DNA of 52,603 nucleotides from a virus (Duplodnaviria; Caudoviricetes). Positions within the stretch are counted from its first letter, which is position 1. Every line of letters starts with the position of its first letter. Below the pieces are notes generated by a model, which was given only the letters and a program-made list of their open reading frames with translations, was not told where the DNA came from and did no database searches. Shown here one piece after another: positions 26,549-36,950 of the stretch. The stretch is taken from the IMG/VR virus record IMGVR_UViG_3300045855_000012, positions 1 to 52,603 of that record; one strand, written 5' to 3'. The translations under genes and the position numbers were made by a program.

Positions 26549-27457
26549 ATGTCCGTAATCAATAGTGGCTCATTTGCCAAGGCCCTCTGGCCCGGTGTCA
26601 ACGCATGGTATGGCCGTGCCTATGACTCATATCCTGAAGAGTACACAAAACTCTTCGACAAGCAAACTTCTACCAAAGCGTTTGAAGAAGACGTCGGTGT
26701 AAGCTCGTTTGGTCTTGCAGTGCAGAAATCTGAAGGCGCACCTATCAGTTATGATAGCGAACGTCAAGGTTTCATCACTCGTTACCAACACGCAGTGTAT
26801 GCCCTCGGTTTCATCATCACTCGTGAAATGATGGAAGATGATCAGTATGATATCATTGGTAAGCGTAAAGCTGAAGGTCTTGCCTTCTCTATGCGTCAAA
26901 CCAAGGAAGTTATCGCTGCTAACGTGTATAACCGTGCTTTCAACAGCGCTTACACTGGTGGTGATGGTGTTGCTTTGATTAGTGCTTCCCACCCCAATAT
27001 TAAGGGTGGTACTTGGTCTAATCAGATTGCTACTCTGGCTGACTTGTCCGAAGCTTCTCTTGAGCAAGCATGTATCGACATTGCTGGTTTCACCAATGAT
27101 GCTGGTCTGCTCATCGCTGTGCGTCCTGAAACTCTGGTGATTCCTCGCCAGTTGATTTTTGAAGCAAAGCGTATTTTGGGTACTGAAGGTCGCGTTGGTA
27201 CTGATAACAACGATCTGAATGCAATCCGTACTCTGGGTTCTATTCCTACCGTGGTTACTAACCACTTCCTGACCGACACTGATGCATGGTTTATCAAGAC
27301 CAATGTTCAGAATGGTATGAAGTATATGGAACGTCGTGGTGATTCTTTCGACATGGATAACGATTGGGATACTGAGAACGCTAAGTTCAAGGCTACCGCC
27401 CGTTACTCGTTCGGCTGGACTGATCCTCGTGCCCTGTACGGCTCTGCTGGCGCTTAA
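26549..27457 (+). CDS. Major capsid protein
   Basis: AAGGAG SD, biased codon use, C-terminal FKATARYSFGWTDPRALYGS. Confidence 0.88.
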   Translation: MSVINSGSFAKALWPGVNAWYGRAYDSYPEEYTKLFDKQTSTKAFEEDVGVSSFGLAVQKSEGAPISYDSERQGFITRYQHAVYALGFIITREMMEDDQYDIIGKRKAEGLAFSMRQTKEVIAANVYNRAFNSAYTGGDGVALISASHPNIKGGTWSNQIATLADLSEASLEQACIDIAGFTNDAGLLIAVRPETLVIPRQLIFEAKRILGTEGRVGTDNNDLNAIRTLGSIPTVVTNHFLTDTDAWFIKTNVQNGMKYMERRGDSFDMDNDWDTENAKFKATARYSFGWTDPRALYGSAGA

Positions 27458-27509
27458 TTGACCATCACAATCCCCTCGTAAAACAGGGGGTTGTCTCTAA
27501 AGGAATAAA

Positions 27510-27971
27510 ATGGCAATTCTTGTCACTCCCGGTCAGGTCGCTGTATCTGATCCCGCTGCTGGCACAGGTCCAAGTACAACCAGTAACATTAAAGACATTG
27601 TAGTTAAGGCGGTTAAACTTACGTCTGCTAACTTCTCTACAACGGCTATTAATACAATGGTTGCACGGCTTCCTGCCGACGCAACGATCTTGTGTCTGAA
27701 ACTCTGGGTTAAAACTCAGTTGGCTGGTGGTGGTATTACTGCTGCCACGTTGAGCATTGGTTCTGCTTCTGCTGGTACACAGTTTGTTAGTGCTTCTGCA
27801 CTGGCTTTCGGTACTGCTGGTACGTACACTACAATGCCTGCTGTAACTAACATCTTCCAAAACTATAACATTCCTTATGGGTCTGATATTGATATTTGGG
27901 TGTCTGGTTTGGCAACCACAGGTATCCCCACTTCTGGTGAGTTGTATCTGGCAATCGAATACGTTCGATAA
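27510..27971 (+). CDS. Putative virion protein
   Basis: Beta-rich small-residue ORF after MCP. Confidence 0.7.
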   Translation: MAILVTPGQVAVSDPAAGTGPSTTSNIKDIVVKAVKLTSANFSTTAINTMVARLPADATILCLKLWVKTQLAGGGITAATLSIGSASAGTQFVSASALAFGTAGTYTTMPAVTNIFQNYNIPYGSDIDIWVSGLATTGIPTSGELYLAIEYVR

Positions 27972-27988
27972 CTTACCCGATTGGGTAG

Positions 27989-28025
27989 AAAAGGGGATTA
28001 TCTTAATAGATGTCCCCTTTTTTTT
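27989..28025 (+). terminator. Intrinsic terminator
   Basis: AAAAGGGGA...TCCCCTTTTTTTT. Confidence 0.7.
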
Positions 28026-28039
28026 CTAAGGAATTTCTA

Positions 28040-28354
28040 ATGCGCGCAAAGAAAATTACAGTCACTGGAACAGGCACCTCTGCGTGGATTCCTATGGACA
28101 ACAAGCAAGCCCCGTTCAATGTTGGTATCGGTTGTGTTATTGTCTCGGGTACAGCTACTTACTCAGTAGAACATACCTTTGATGACATTTTTGACTCGAC
28201 GGTAACCCCAGTGGCTTTCGCTAACGCAACAATTGCTGCAGTTACAACAAACAAAGACGGCAACTACGCTGCTCCCATTAAAGCTCTACGTCTTAACGTA
28301 ACGGCTGGTGTAGCTCCTGTTGTTGCTATGACTATTATTCAAGGACTACGTTAA
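28040..28354 (+). CDS. Putative virion protein
   Basis: AAGGA SD, MRAKKITV. Confidence 0.7.
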   Translation: MRAKKITVTGTGTSAWIPMDNKQAPFNVGIGCVIVSGTATYSVEHTFDDIFDSTVTPVAFANATIAAVTTNKDGNYAAPIKALRLNVTAGVAPVVAMTIIQGLR

Positions 28355-28827
28355 TGCAATTCGATGACTTCCTGAAGGTAGTTGACCTTCTCAAAGACCC
28401 CGCCCAGTATGAGGCTAAGGTTGCTGAATTGCAAGCTCGTGAAGATGCAATTAACGCAGCTATCAAACAAATGGGTTTGGGTGATGATGTATTTAAAGCT
28501 AAAGCTAAAGCAGATGCTCTTGTAGCTAAAGCTGAACAAGCTGTTAGTAATGCTACTGCCCAAGCCCAAACAATCATCATAGGCGCTCAAGCAGCTTTTG
28601 ATAAACGACACACTGAGCTTCAAGCTCGTGAAGTTGTAGCCGATCAAGCTCTTGCTGACTACAACACCATTAAGAATCAACTTGTTTTTCGTTCTAATGA
28701 ATTGAGTCAAGGTGAGAAAACTCTTAATGCGGCCCGAGTGCAACTCCAAGCTGATCTTGCTGATCTAGCTAGTAAACAACAAGAAGTTGATGCTCGTCTT
28801 GCTAAACTCCGTGAGGCAATGGGTTAA
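28354..28827 (+). CDS. Coiled-coil protein
   Basis: TAATG coupling; Ala/Gln/Lys heptads. Confidence 0.7.
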   Translation: MQFDDFLKVVDLLKDPAQYEAKVAELQAREDAINAAIKQMGLGDDVFKAKAKADALVAKAEQAVSNATAQAQTIIIGAQAAFDKRHTELQAREVVADQALADYNTIKNQLVFRSNELSQGEKTLNAARVQLQADLADLASKQQEVDARLAKLREAMG

Positions 28828-28829
28828 CC

Positions 28830-29072
28830 ATGAGTATCTCCAATGTTTCGTATCTAGCCAATGGCTATGCACAACCTTCTGCACAAAGGATTGATAATCT
28901 TACAACTACTGTGTACGTGGCAACTGCTCCCTTTGGAACATTGGACTCTGATCCCACATGGAGTATTAAACGTCTCACATTCTCTGGAACGTTGGTGATA
29001 ACTGAGTGGGCAAATGGAAATGATTCCAATGCTAACATCTGGACCAATCGTGCTTCTCTCAGTTACTCTTAA
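28830..29072 (+). CDS. Hypothetical virion protein
   Basis: Packed ORF, ends WTNRASLSYS. Confidence 0.7.
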   Translation: MSISNVSYLANGYAQPSAQRIDNLTTTVYVATAPFGTLDSDPTWSIKRLTFSGTLVITEWANGNDSNANIWTNRASLSYS

Positions 29073-29081
29073 GGAATACAA

Positions 29082-29477
29082 ATGGCATTAGGTTATGTAA
29101 CAACCCTACGCAATGCTCAACTGGATGCCATCACAACGGCAGTAGGTTCAGCAGGAAAACTTCAAATCTATGACGGTACGCGGCCTGCTACTGGCGGTAC
29201 GGCAACTAATAAGCTTGCGGAATTTACTCTGGGTAGTCCTTTTGCTGCCGCTGCTAGTGCTGGAAGCCTTTCTCCGACTCTTCCTTCTAATGTCACTGCT
29301 CTCCTTAGTGGCACTGCTACTTGGTATCGCATTACTACGAGCGCGGCTGCATTTGTAATGGATGGTTCAGCTAGTGCTACAGGTGGTGGTGGTGATTTAC
29401 AACTCAATAGTGCTGTCATCTCTAGTGGTGCAACAGTGTCTATTACAGCACACACAATTTCAGCAGGTAATGCATAA
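29082..29477 (+). CDS. Putative virion structural protein
   Basis: LRNAQLDAIT..LQIYDGTRPAT pattern common in phage structural modules. Confidence 0.7.
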   Translation: MALGYVTTLRNAQLDAITTAVGSAGKLQIYDGTRPATGGTATNKLAEFTLGSPFAAAASAGSLSPTLPSNVTALLSGTATWYRITTSAAAFVMDGSASATGGGGDLQLNSAVISSGATVSITAHTISAGNA

Positions 29478-30148
29478 TGGCAGCTAAAACCGACCAAGTT
29501 ATTATCCTACCTACCGACTCAGGTAATACGGGTAAAAAGATTCGTACTAAAGAATCTGTAATAGGTGCTAATACAGTGGAGGAGTATTTTTTCATTCCTT
29601 CGTCTGAACGAAATACCACTGGGCAGTATAAGTTCGTCATTCCTGCTCAAGCAGTACCAACGGCTGTGCATACTGGAACTACAACAGGTTTCTTGTTTCT
29701 TATCAACCCACTCTCCAGCACAGTGAACATTGCAGTAGACCGTATGTCATTTCGGCAAAACTTTTCTACGACACTTGCTGTGGATTTGATTGCCCCACTG
29801 ATTCACACTTCACGCATCACGTTCACAGGCACGTTGTCAGCGGCAACTACTACACCTGCCAAACGCAAGACAGCAGATGCAGCCGCACAAGGACTTATTG
29901 CAATTGCTTCTACTGGCTTGACCGTCACCAAGTTGGGTGATGTTTACGGCTTCGTTGGACAGACAATGGACTTAGTTACCGGTGGCGCAGGCCACTGGAA
30001 TGCGATGGTCGATGAATGGAATCCGCAAGACGAAGATGACGAGTTGATCTTAGTCCCCGGTGAAGGTATTGTTGTCTGGTCTACTTTCGCTGTGACCACG
30101 GCCAACCGAAAACTACTTATTACTGGAGCTTGGTTCGAGTTCAACTAA
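29477..30148 (+). CDS. Hypothetical virion protein
   Basis: TAATG coupling. Confidence 0.7.
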   Translation: MAAKTDQVIILPTDSGNTGKKIRTKESVIGANTVEEYFFIPSSERNTTGQYKFVIPAQAVPTAVHTGTTTGFLFLINPLSSTVNIAVDRMSFRQNFSTTLAVDLIAPLIHTSRITFTGTLSAATTTPAKRKTADAAAQGLIAIASTGLTVTKLGDVYGFVGQTMDLVTGGAGHWNAMVDEWNPQDEDDELILVPGEGIVVWSTFAVTTANRKLLITGAWFEFN

Positions 30149-30157
30149 AGGGATAAC

Positions 30158-31060
30158 ATGGCATTTATACTCATTGACGGTGTTATCGCCAATGACACCT
30201 TTGCCACTCCAGCTAGTGCTAGAACCTTTGTTTTACTAGATGGTTTAACCCATTCTCAGTTTAGTTCTGCAGCTTCTGCTACAGCACAGCCAGTAGACGC
30301 TATACTAGGTTTAACTACTTGGGCAGTTACTGGTGGTACTATATCTGGCACTATTTCCGCTACCCAAGCAGGAAATACTGCAGTAGTCACCGGTACAGTT
30401 ACAGCATTAGCTATTACTGGAACCATTGCAGCAACGCAAGGAAACAACACAGCAGTAGTTACTGGAGTGTTGTCCTTTGCTGGTTCTGTTACAGCCACTC
30501 AAGCAGCTAATACAAGTTCCTTGACAGGGGCTTTACTATTCAGCGGAACCATTAGTGCTACGCAGAATAGTAACACAGCAGTACTTACAGGTACAGTTTC
30601 GGGTGCGGGTACTACAGGAACCATCTCTGCTACGCAGGATGCTAATACCAGTGCATTAACTGGAGTAGAAACCTTTGTTGGTACGTTGTCTGTAACCCAA
30701 GCTGGTAATATAGCTAGTGTAACTGGTACAGAGACGTACTCCATTGTTATTGTAGCTACACAAGCAGATAACCAAGCTTCTATAACGGCTTCAGAGACGT
30801 TTAATGGCTTCATAGGGGCTACCCAAGCAGCTAACACTGTAAGCGTCTCTGGGACCGTTTTAAACAGTGTTACGGGGATTATCAATGCTACTCAGGCTGG
30901 TAACACTGCTCACTTAACTGGAACCAATGGAACTGTAACTGATTTAACATGGGGTCCAACAGGAATAGAATACTACTTCCTACAACCTCCCTATAGCTTA
31001 GAACTAGCTACAGGTTCTCTCGTCCTTCCTTTAGGACTCAATCTTGTCATGGTGCTATAA
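30158..31060 (+). CDS. Repeat-containing fibre-like protein
   Basis: About 9 repeats of GTISATQAxNTAxxTG with 21-24 aa period. Confidence 0.75.
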   Translation: MAFILIDGVIANDTFATPASARTFVLLDGLTHSQFSSAASATAQPVDAILGLTTWAVTGGTISGTISATQAGNTAVVTGTVTALAITGTIAATQGNNTAVVTGVLSFAGSVTATQAANTSSLTGALLFSGTISATQNSNTAVLTGTVSGAGTTGTISATQDANTSALTGVETFVGTLSVTQAGNIASVTGTETYSIVIVATQADNQASITASETFNGFIGATQAANTVSVSGTVLNSVTGIINATQAGNTAHLTGTNGTVTDLTWGPTGIEYYFLQPPYSLELATGSLVLPLGLNLVMVL

Positions 31061-31440
31061 TGCAAAACTGGCTTAAACTTGGTGATTACAACGTCATATG
31101 TGATTCGTGTGGACGTAAGTATAAAGCCTCTACCATGCGTAAGAGGTGGGATGGATTACTAGTCTGTAAAGAAGACTACGAAATTAAACATCCTCAGTTG
31201 TCTATGAAGGTACGTGGGGATAAACAAACAGTTCCAATCCCTCGTCCTGAGGCAGCAGATCAATTCCTAGAGTTCTGTGACTTGTGGAAATCTTCCCCTA
31301 TGGCAGGCTTCGGTACTGCTGACTGTGCGACAGTTGGAGGTAATACTTCCATCGCCATCTTAATTGACGTTTTTTCACCTAACGCCATTGCAGGTTATGC
31401 AATTGCTGGTAGGTCTATATCTGGAGTGTTACATACATGA
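31060..31440 (+). CDS. Hypothetical protein with Cys motif
   Basis: ICDSCG..WDGLLVC..DYEIKHPQ. Confidence 0.7.
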   Translation: MQNWLKLGDYNVICDSCGRKYKASTMRKRWDGLLVCKEDYEIKHPQLSMKVRGDKQTVPIPRPEAADQFLEFCDLWKSSPMAGFGTADCATVGGNTSIAILIDVFSPNAIAGYAIAGRSISGVLHT

Positions 31441-33245
31441 CTACAACAACCTTTGTTGATTACCAAACCCCCATTACTGCAGCTTGGCTTAATGATGTTA
31501 ATGCTGCTGTTTACAGTGGTATTCTTCCTTCTGGTGGTGTAACCTCTGAGATTAAAACAGCTACGGCTGGACAGACAGTGTTTACTCTGGCTAATTCCTA
31601 TGGTCCGGGTACACGTAACCTTTCTGTTTACATCAATGGTATTAAGATTAATTCAACCGACTATACTGAAACCAATAGTGTAACAGTCACTTTACATACT
31701 GGTGCTACTGTTGGAGATGAACTTGAGTTTGTTGTTCTTTCTGCTGTATCTCTTGGATCGACTTCTGCAAATAATGTATCTTATGCTCCTGCTGGTACGG
31801 GTGTAACCACTACAGTACAAAGTAAACTACGTGAGTCTGTTTCAGTGAAAGATTTTGGGGCAGTGGGTGATGGGGTTACGGATGACACTGCTGCCATTCA
31901 GGCGGCATTAAATACACTTGTTGCTGGTACTAATTACCAAGGCAATCCAAAAATTCGGTTGCCTGCTGGAATATACAAAGTGACTAGCACCTTAGTAAGT
32001 GCTAATTCTTGCTCTAACTATGTATTCTCAGGAGATGGTTTAAATTCAACAGTTATAAACTGGATGGGGGGCGCTGGAACCGCTATTTTGGAATTTCAAA
32101 ATGCACGTTCGGTTTATGTTGAAAATATGTCTATCGTCAACGAAACTGCAAACATCCCAGCATATGGCATACGGATACGCGAGGTTGCCGGAAGAATCAA
32201 CGGAGCAGGAGTAACTGGGTTTTCATGCACCAACCTATTTATTGGTAGTGGCCTAGTTGACCATATTGTTAAAGGTATTGCATATACGTCCGACCTAGGA
32301 AGTGGATTAAATAATGATGTGGGTATTTTTACAAATGTAAGCATCGGCAATGTCCAGATTGGGTATTCAATTGACCACCTGAACTCGCTTGAGCATCGCA
32401 TTTACGGTGGAAACCTGTTTCAATGCAGTGTTGCAGCCTTCAACACTTATCAGGGAAATGGGACAACCTGCGGCGGCACGTTTAAAACATTTGGTACGAC
32501 CACCGGCGTGTGCGATATTGTGATGAGACTTGGGCCAGCAACTCAAGGACAAAACATCGAAATGCATGGTCACACGTCGGAATTTGATGGCGCTATCCTA
32601 AATACACCATCCCCGATAACAGCAGAAAACTGCAATGTTTCTATCATTGGTGGATCATTTAAACCGTTTTCCGTGCGCGATATTGTGTTTGATACAACAG
32701 TCGGTGAATTGAATATAGTTAGTACAACGGTTACACAACTTGGAAAAATATCTATACCAACATCTGGCCCAAGAGTAAAGATATTTGGAGGCGGCATTGG
32801 ATACGCAACCATTGAATACAATAGCTATGTCAGATTAGTAGATGTGACCACAGGAAATGGTACATGTACATATACAAATCTTGGTTCTGGTATTTTGGTG
32901 CTGGATCATTCCTCGGGTACGGGACAGATAAACTCAACGCCTGTGACTATTGCAAACCTGACCTCTTTTCCGGTTGACGGTTTATCCAGTGAAGCAATCA
33001 ATATCCAAAATACTATTGCGACAAACATTAGCACACTCACTAAAGGGATTGCTGGGCAAACCTGTACACTTTACTTTAAAAATAGTAACAATACCTTGGT
33101 TAATGGAACTGGTGCCGCAGATACGTTTAGGCTTCGTGGCGCAATTAACGTAACTCCTGCCAATCTACAAAACATAACTGTCAAGTATTTGCTGGATTAC
33201 AACACTGGCAATATGTGCTGGCATGAAATATCACGTAATTTCTAA
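31437..33245 (+). CDS. Tailspike 1 (pectate lyase-like beta-helix)
   Basis: AAWLNDVN anchor, TATAGQTVF domain, KLRESVSVKDFGAVGDGVTDDTAAIQAA. Confidence 0.85.
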   Translation: MTTTTFVDYQTPITAAWLNDVNAAVYSGILPSGGVTSEIKTATAGQTVFTLANSYGPGTRNLSVYINGIKINSTDYTETNSVTVTLHTGATVGDELEFVVLSAVSLGSTSANNVSYAPAGTGVTTTVQSKLRESVSVKDFGAVGDGVTDDTAAIQAALNTLVAGTNYQGNPKIRLPAGIYKVTSTLVSANSCSNYVFSGDGLNSTVINWMGGAGTAILEFQNARSVYVENMSIVNETANIPAYGIRIREVAGRINGAGVTGFSCTNLFIGSGLVDHIVKGIAYTSDLGSGLNNDVGIFTNVSIGNVQIGYSIDHLNSLEHRIYGGNLFQCSVAAFNTYQGNGTTCGGTFKTFGTTTGVCDIVMRLGPATQGQNIEMHGHTSEFDGAILNTPSPITAENCNVSIIGGSFKPFSVRDIVFDTTVGELNIVSTTVTQLGKISIPTSGPRVKIFGGGIGYATIEYNSYVRLVDVTTGNGTCTYTNLGSGILVLDHSSGTGQINSTPVTIANLTSFPVDGLSSEAINIQNTIATNISTLTKGIAGQTCTLYFKNSNNTLVNGTGAADTFRLRGAINVTPANLQNITVKYLLDYNTGNMCWHEISRNF

Positions 33246-33319
33246 CATGACCGCCATCATCCAACTCCTCAAATCTCGCACAGTAGCGTTTTCACTGCGT
33301 TCCAAACGCTTAAGCCAAT

Positions 33320-33556
33320 ATGAATGACTTTCAATCAATAATTAACCTTGTAGCAGGTGTATTCATAGCCGCTGGTGGCTGGTTTGCTAGAACCCTTTGG
33401 GATGCTGTACAAGAACTTAAATCAGACCTTGGCAATCTACGAGTAGAAATTGCTAAAGACTATGTACCACGTAATGATTTCAATCGTCTTGGTGATGAAC
33501 TAAAAGAAATGCTAAACAAGATATTTGAAAAACTAGATCATAAGGCAGACAAATAA
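33320..33556 (+). CDS. Small membrane protein (TM + coiled coil), lysis-module type
   Basis: IINLVAGVFIAAGGWF then charged helix. Confidence 0.7.
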   Translation: MNDFQSIINLVAGVFIAAGGWFARTLWDAVQELKSDLGNLRVEIAKDYVPRNDFNRLGDELKEMLNKIFEKLDHKADK

Positions 33557-33940
33557 ATGGCACTAGACCCCTTGACGGCTGTAAGCGATTTAGCTTCTAC
33601 AGTTATAAATAAAATATGGCCGGACAAGACCGAGCAAGAGAAACAACAACTCGCTGCTGCTGTTGCTTTGGTTCAAGGTCAACTAGATATTAACAAAGCA
33701 GAAGCTGCCAATCCTAACGTCTTTGTTAGTGGTTGGAGACCGGCGATTGGGTGGATTAGTGGTGGAGCATTGGGTTATACCTATCTTGGATATCCCTTAC
33801 TGGTATGGGTAACAACCATCTGGTTTCCGACTATCCATGCTCCCGTTTTAGGTAATGATGGTATGTTATATGAATTGTTATTTGGTATGTTAGGCTTGGG
33901 TGGTCTTCGTACATTTGAAAAGGTTAAAGGCGTAGCATGA
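33557..33940 (+). CDS. Holin, GTA-release 3TM family-like
   Basis: FVSGWRPAIGW, LLFGMLGLGGLRTFEKVKG. Confidence 0.8.
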   Translation: MALDPLTAVSDLASTVINKIWPDKTEQEKQQLAAAVALVQGQLDINKAEAANPNVFVSGWRPAIGWISGGALGYTYLGYPLLVWVTTIWFPTIHAPVLGNDGMLYELLFGMLGLGGLRTFEKVKGVA

Positions 33941-35343
33941 CAAGTACAGTATTTACAACAGGAACAACCATTGCAAAAGAGTGGTTGAACGATGTTAACA
34001 ACTATGTTTACTCTGGTGCTGTTCCCGGTGTGGGTCCAGACGCTTCTACGGTTACCTATACTCCGGGAGGAACGGGTAGCGTTCCGACAACTGTCCAGAC
34101 CAAGCTGCGCGAGAGTGTGAGTGTGAAGGACTTTGGTGCTGTCGGTGATGGGGTTACTGATGATACTGCTGCAATTCAGGCGGCAGCAGATTATTGCCAT
34201 ACTTACGGCAAAAAACTAATAATTCTAGCACCATCTAACTTTTATAAAATTTCAAGCACTATTACTTTTAACTGTATAGATATTGCAGTTGAAATGTCAA
34301 ATGGCCCCATTGGTGTGTCGCTTGGGGCGGTGGGAGTGGCAGTATTTAAGGCTACGTCTGAATTTACCGCGTTCAAAATTTATGGATCAAAGAATACGGT
34401 TGAAAATATCAGTATTGAGTTTGTTCTAGGGTCTGCTGCATCATCAGCCATTGGCTTTGAGTTCGGGTCATCTACAGACTCAAGCAAGAACGTTCGTTTA
34501 TCTAAATTCAGAAACCTATATGTTCGCAATGCGTATGATGGGTTTAAAACTGTAAATACTGCTGGAACTGTTGCGGTTGCAGTATTTGAATTATGTACTT
34601 CATCCCTTCATACTCATATTGGCTTTAACTTTGATGCAGCGCCAGGCTCTACAAACTTCACTTTTATAAATTGTTTTTCTCAAGGCGCATCTACTGGTAC
34701 ACCGCAAGGCTATGTTTTTGGTTCAATAAAAGACATCCATATGATTGGATGCTCTGCTGACAGCATTGTTGATGTGGGTGTAAAAGTAACTAATGGGGAT
34801 TCTTTCTATGCTGATGTGCTTGCCTTTGAAAGTCCTAAACTTTCAACAGCTACATCATCACTTGTAACCTTTACAAACATATCATCCCAAGTTGATAAAA
34901 TTAGTTTGCAAGGTTTGGTTGTGAATGTCGGGGTCGGTAATGTTTGCTCCGTTATAGGTGGTCCAGTATCACCTTACAACACGGTTATTGGTGCAATATC
35001 TCAGCAAGCTACAACAATCACAACAGGAACGCTTTATAAACACAAAACAGGAGTCCCCAGTAACGGCGCATACAAAATCAACGACAGTAATTGTGCGTAT
35101 TCAGATATAAATTATGGAGGTTTTGATGCATTGGTTATGCTGAATGGCAGACAAAGTATCCCAAGTTTTGCGTTTATACTGGGGTCATGGATTCAAGGAG
35201 ATTTCCTTTGGAGTAGAGCGCCAGTAGAAGCTGGGGCTGCTTCAAGCAAATATGTCATTGTTGGCTGGTCAAGAATTACAACGGGTAGCGGGAACGTACT
35301 GAATACCGACTGGGTTCAATCCAGAGTGCTAACGGGTAACTAA
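33937..35343 (+). CDS. Tailspike 2
   Basis: EWLNDVN anchor, KLRESVSVKDFGAVGDGVTDDTAAIQAA, beta-helix-like body. Confidence 0.85.
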   Translation: MTSTVFTTGTTIAKEWLNDVNNYVYSGAVPGVGPDASTVTYTPGGTGSVPTTVQTKLRESVSVKDFGAVGDGVTDDTAAIQAAADYCHTYGKKLIILAPSNFYKISSTITFNCIDIAVEMSNGPIGVSLGAVGVAVFKATSEFTAFKIYGSKNTVENISIEFVLGSAASSAIGFEFGSSTDSSKNVRLSKFRNLYVRNAYDGFKTVNTAGTVAVAVFELCTSSLHTHIGFNFDAAPGSTNFTFINCFSQGASTGTPQGYVFGSIKDIHMIGCSADSIVDVGVKVTNGDSFYADVLAFESPKLSTATSSLVTFTNISSQVDKISLQGLVVNVGVGNVCSVIGGPVSPYNTVIGAISQQATTITTGTLYKHKTGVPSNGAYKINDSNCAYSDINYGGFDALVMLNGRQSIPSFAFILGSWIQGDFLWSRAPVEAGAASSKYVIVGWSRITTGSGNVLNTDWVQSRVLTGN

Positions 35344-35344
35344 T

Positions 35345-35539
35345 ATGACCACCATCCTCCAACTCCTAAAGTCTCGCACAGTCCTATTCGCCATCCTGCT
35401 TGCTGCTCTCTCAGTAGCACAAGGTTACGTCTTCCTCCTGCCCCTCACACAGCTAGAGCAAATGTACGCAGGCATAGCAATCTCAGTAATCGTCACGGTG
35501 CTTCGTATCGTCACCACTCAACCTATATCGGAGAAGTAA
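35345..35539 (+). CDS. Small 2-TM holin-like protein
   Basis: KSRTVLFAILLAALS..., VIVTVLRIVTTQPI. Confidence 0.65.
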   Translation: MTTILQLLKSRTVLFAILLAALSVAQGYVFLLPLTQLEQMYAGIAISVIVTVLRIVTTQPISEK

Positions 35540-35540
35540 T

Positions 35541-36950
35541 ATGAGCAAGGCAAAAAACAACAAGGTCAAGCTCAACAATATCGTTGATGTGGTGGCTGAC
35601 TATGGCGCTGACCCAACGGGTGTGGCTGATAGCACGACTGCGATTCAAGCTGCTATTACCTACTGCAAGCAACAGGTAGGAGGGTATTTTGTAGGTGAGC
35701 TGTACTTACCTGCTGGACTGTATTCTGTGAGCGCAACACTAGACTTTGGCTCATTGAAAGTGCGTGGTGCGGGTGTTAATGAGACATGCATTAAAACCGG
35801 AACATCAGGAATTCTTATTGCAAAAATGAGTGCAATGGGAGTTTTAGCAGATATTTCTATCGATGGAAATAACTTGGCTCTATGGGGTCTGCTGGTTGCG
35901 GGGGCGCGACCTGTTATTGACAATGTTGTTGTTGTCAAATGTACTGAATATGGAACAATTCTTAGTTCTACACAAAACGGTATCTTTAAGAATCTTTTGT
36001 GCTACCAAAACCATATTGGCCTTGTAATGGCAAATGGAACAAGAAATTGCAACTTTTACAATTTTACAAGTTCCGGTGCCGCGCAATCTGCTGCACTAAC
36101 TACAAGTGCCAATATTGCGTGGTTAACTGACATAACAAATCCACACGGATTTGGATTGACTACAACCGTTACCGCTGGAGGAAATGACAGAAACAATTTC
36201 TTCGGTGGAATTTCTGAAACCAATAATACAATTCAGTTATACGCAATGGTTACACTCAATCCAAATTCTTGGGTTGGTGCAAATGCTGCTATCAACACAT
36301 TTTACGGATATGAGTTAACCAGCGGAAATTCAATACTATTGACTGACAATAGTTTTACAGGTGTTTTTTATTTTATAAATGCAGAGTGGATAGGAAAAGA
36401 TAATCTAACCCCATTGACCTCTGGCACTGCTGGATCATTAGTTTTTATTGGTAGCACTTATTTTCTGTCTGGAGGAACACTTCCTAACCGTGGCGTAACT
36501 CAAAATAATAACTTGATAAGCACATTTGTCAAGAAAACTAATCTTATTGGCATCCCTCAATCAAATGTAGATTACCTACTCGTTAACTCGGCATCTCTTG
36601 TATATACACAAGCAACCAGAACGTATAAGGTAACAGGGGCATCAGGAACGGCGGATGGTCTGCGCATAATTCTAAATGGATATGATGGTTATACGGCTGT
36701 TTCAATTGTTGCTATGGCTCCTATATTGAGAGTTACTTTTTCTGTTAAGAATTTTGTTGGTGGAACACAAATAGATGTGGTGGCGCTAAATAACGGGAGT
36801 TCTTTTGGCACGGTTATTGGCTCCCCGATTGCAGGTGCATACCAATATTTATATAAATGTACTGGAGTAGAAAGTGGGGATATTGTTTTTTACTGCAAGG
36901 GTGCAACAACCTCATTTGAAATTTCTGATGTTGTGATTGAAGTTCTATAA
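35541..36950 (+). CDS. Tailspike 3 (no N-terminal anchor)
   Basis: DYGADPTGVADSTTAIQAA, LYLPAGLY. Confidence 0.8.
   Translation: MSKAKNNKVKLNNIVDVVADYGADPTGVADSTTAIQAAITYCKQQVGGYFVGELYLPAGLYSVSATLDFGSLKVRGAGVNETCIKTGTSGILIAKMSAMGVLADISIDGNNLALWGLLVAGARPVIDNVVVVKCTEYGTILSSTQNGIFKNLLCYQNHIGLVMANGTRNCNFYNFTSSGAAQSAALTTSANIAWLTDITNPHGFGLTTTVTAGGNDRNNFFGGISETNNTIQLYAMVTLNPNSWVGANAAINTFYGYELTSGNSILLTDNSFTGVFYFINAEWIGKDNLTPLTSGTAGSLVFIGSTYFLSGGTLPNRGVTQNNNLISTFVKKTNLIGIPQSNVDYLLVNSASLVYTQATRTYKVTGASGTADGLRIILNGYDGYTAVSIVAMAPILRVTFSVKNFVGGTQIDVVALNNGSSFGTVIGSPIAGAYQYLYKCTGVESGDIVFYCKGATTSFEISDVVIEVL

Noticed and set aside
31437-36950. Diversity-generating retroelement or invertible shufflon acting on tailspikes
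   Set aside because: No reverse transcriptase or invertase, no adenine-specific TR/VR pair, and the repeats are direct
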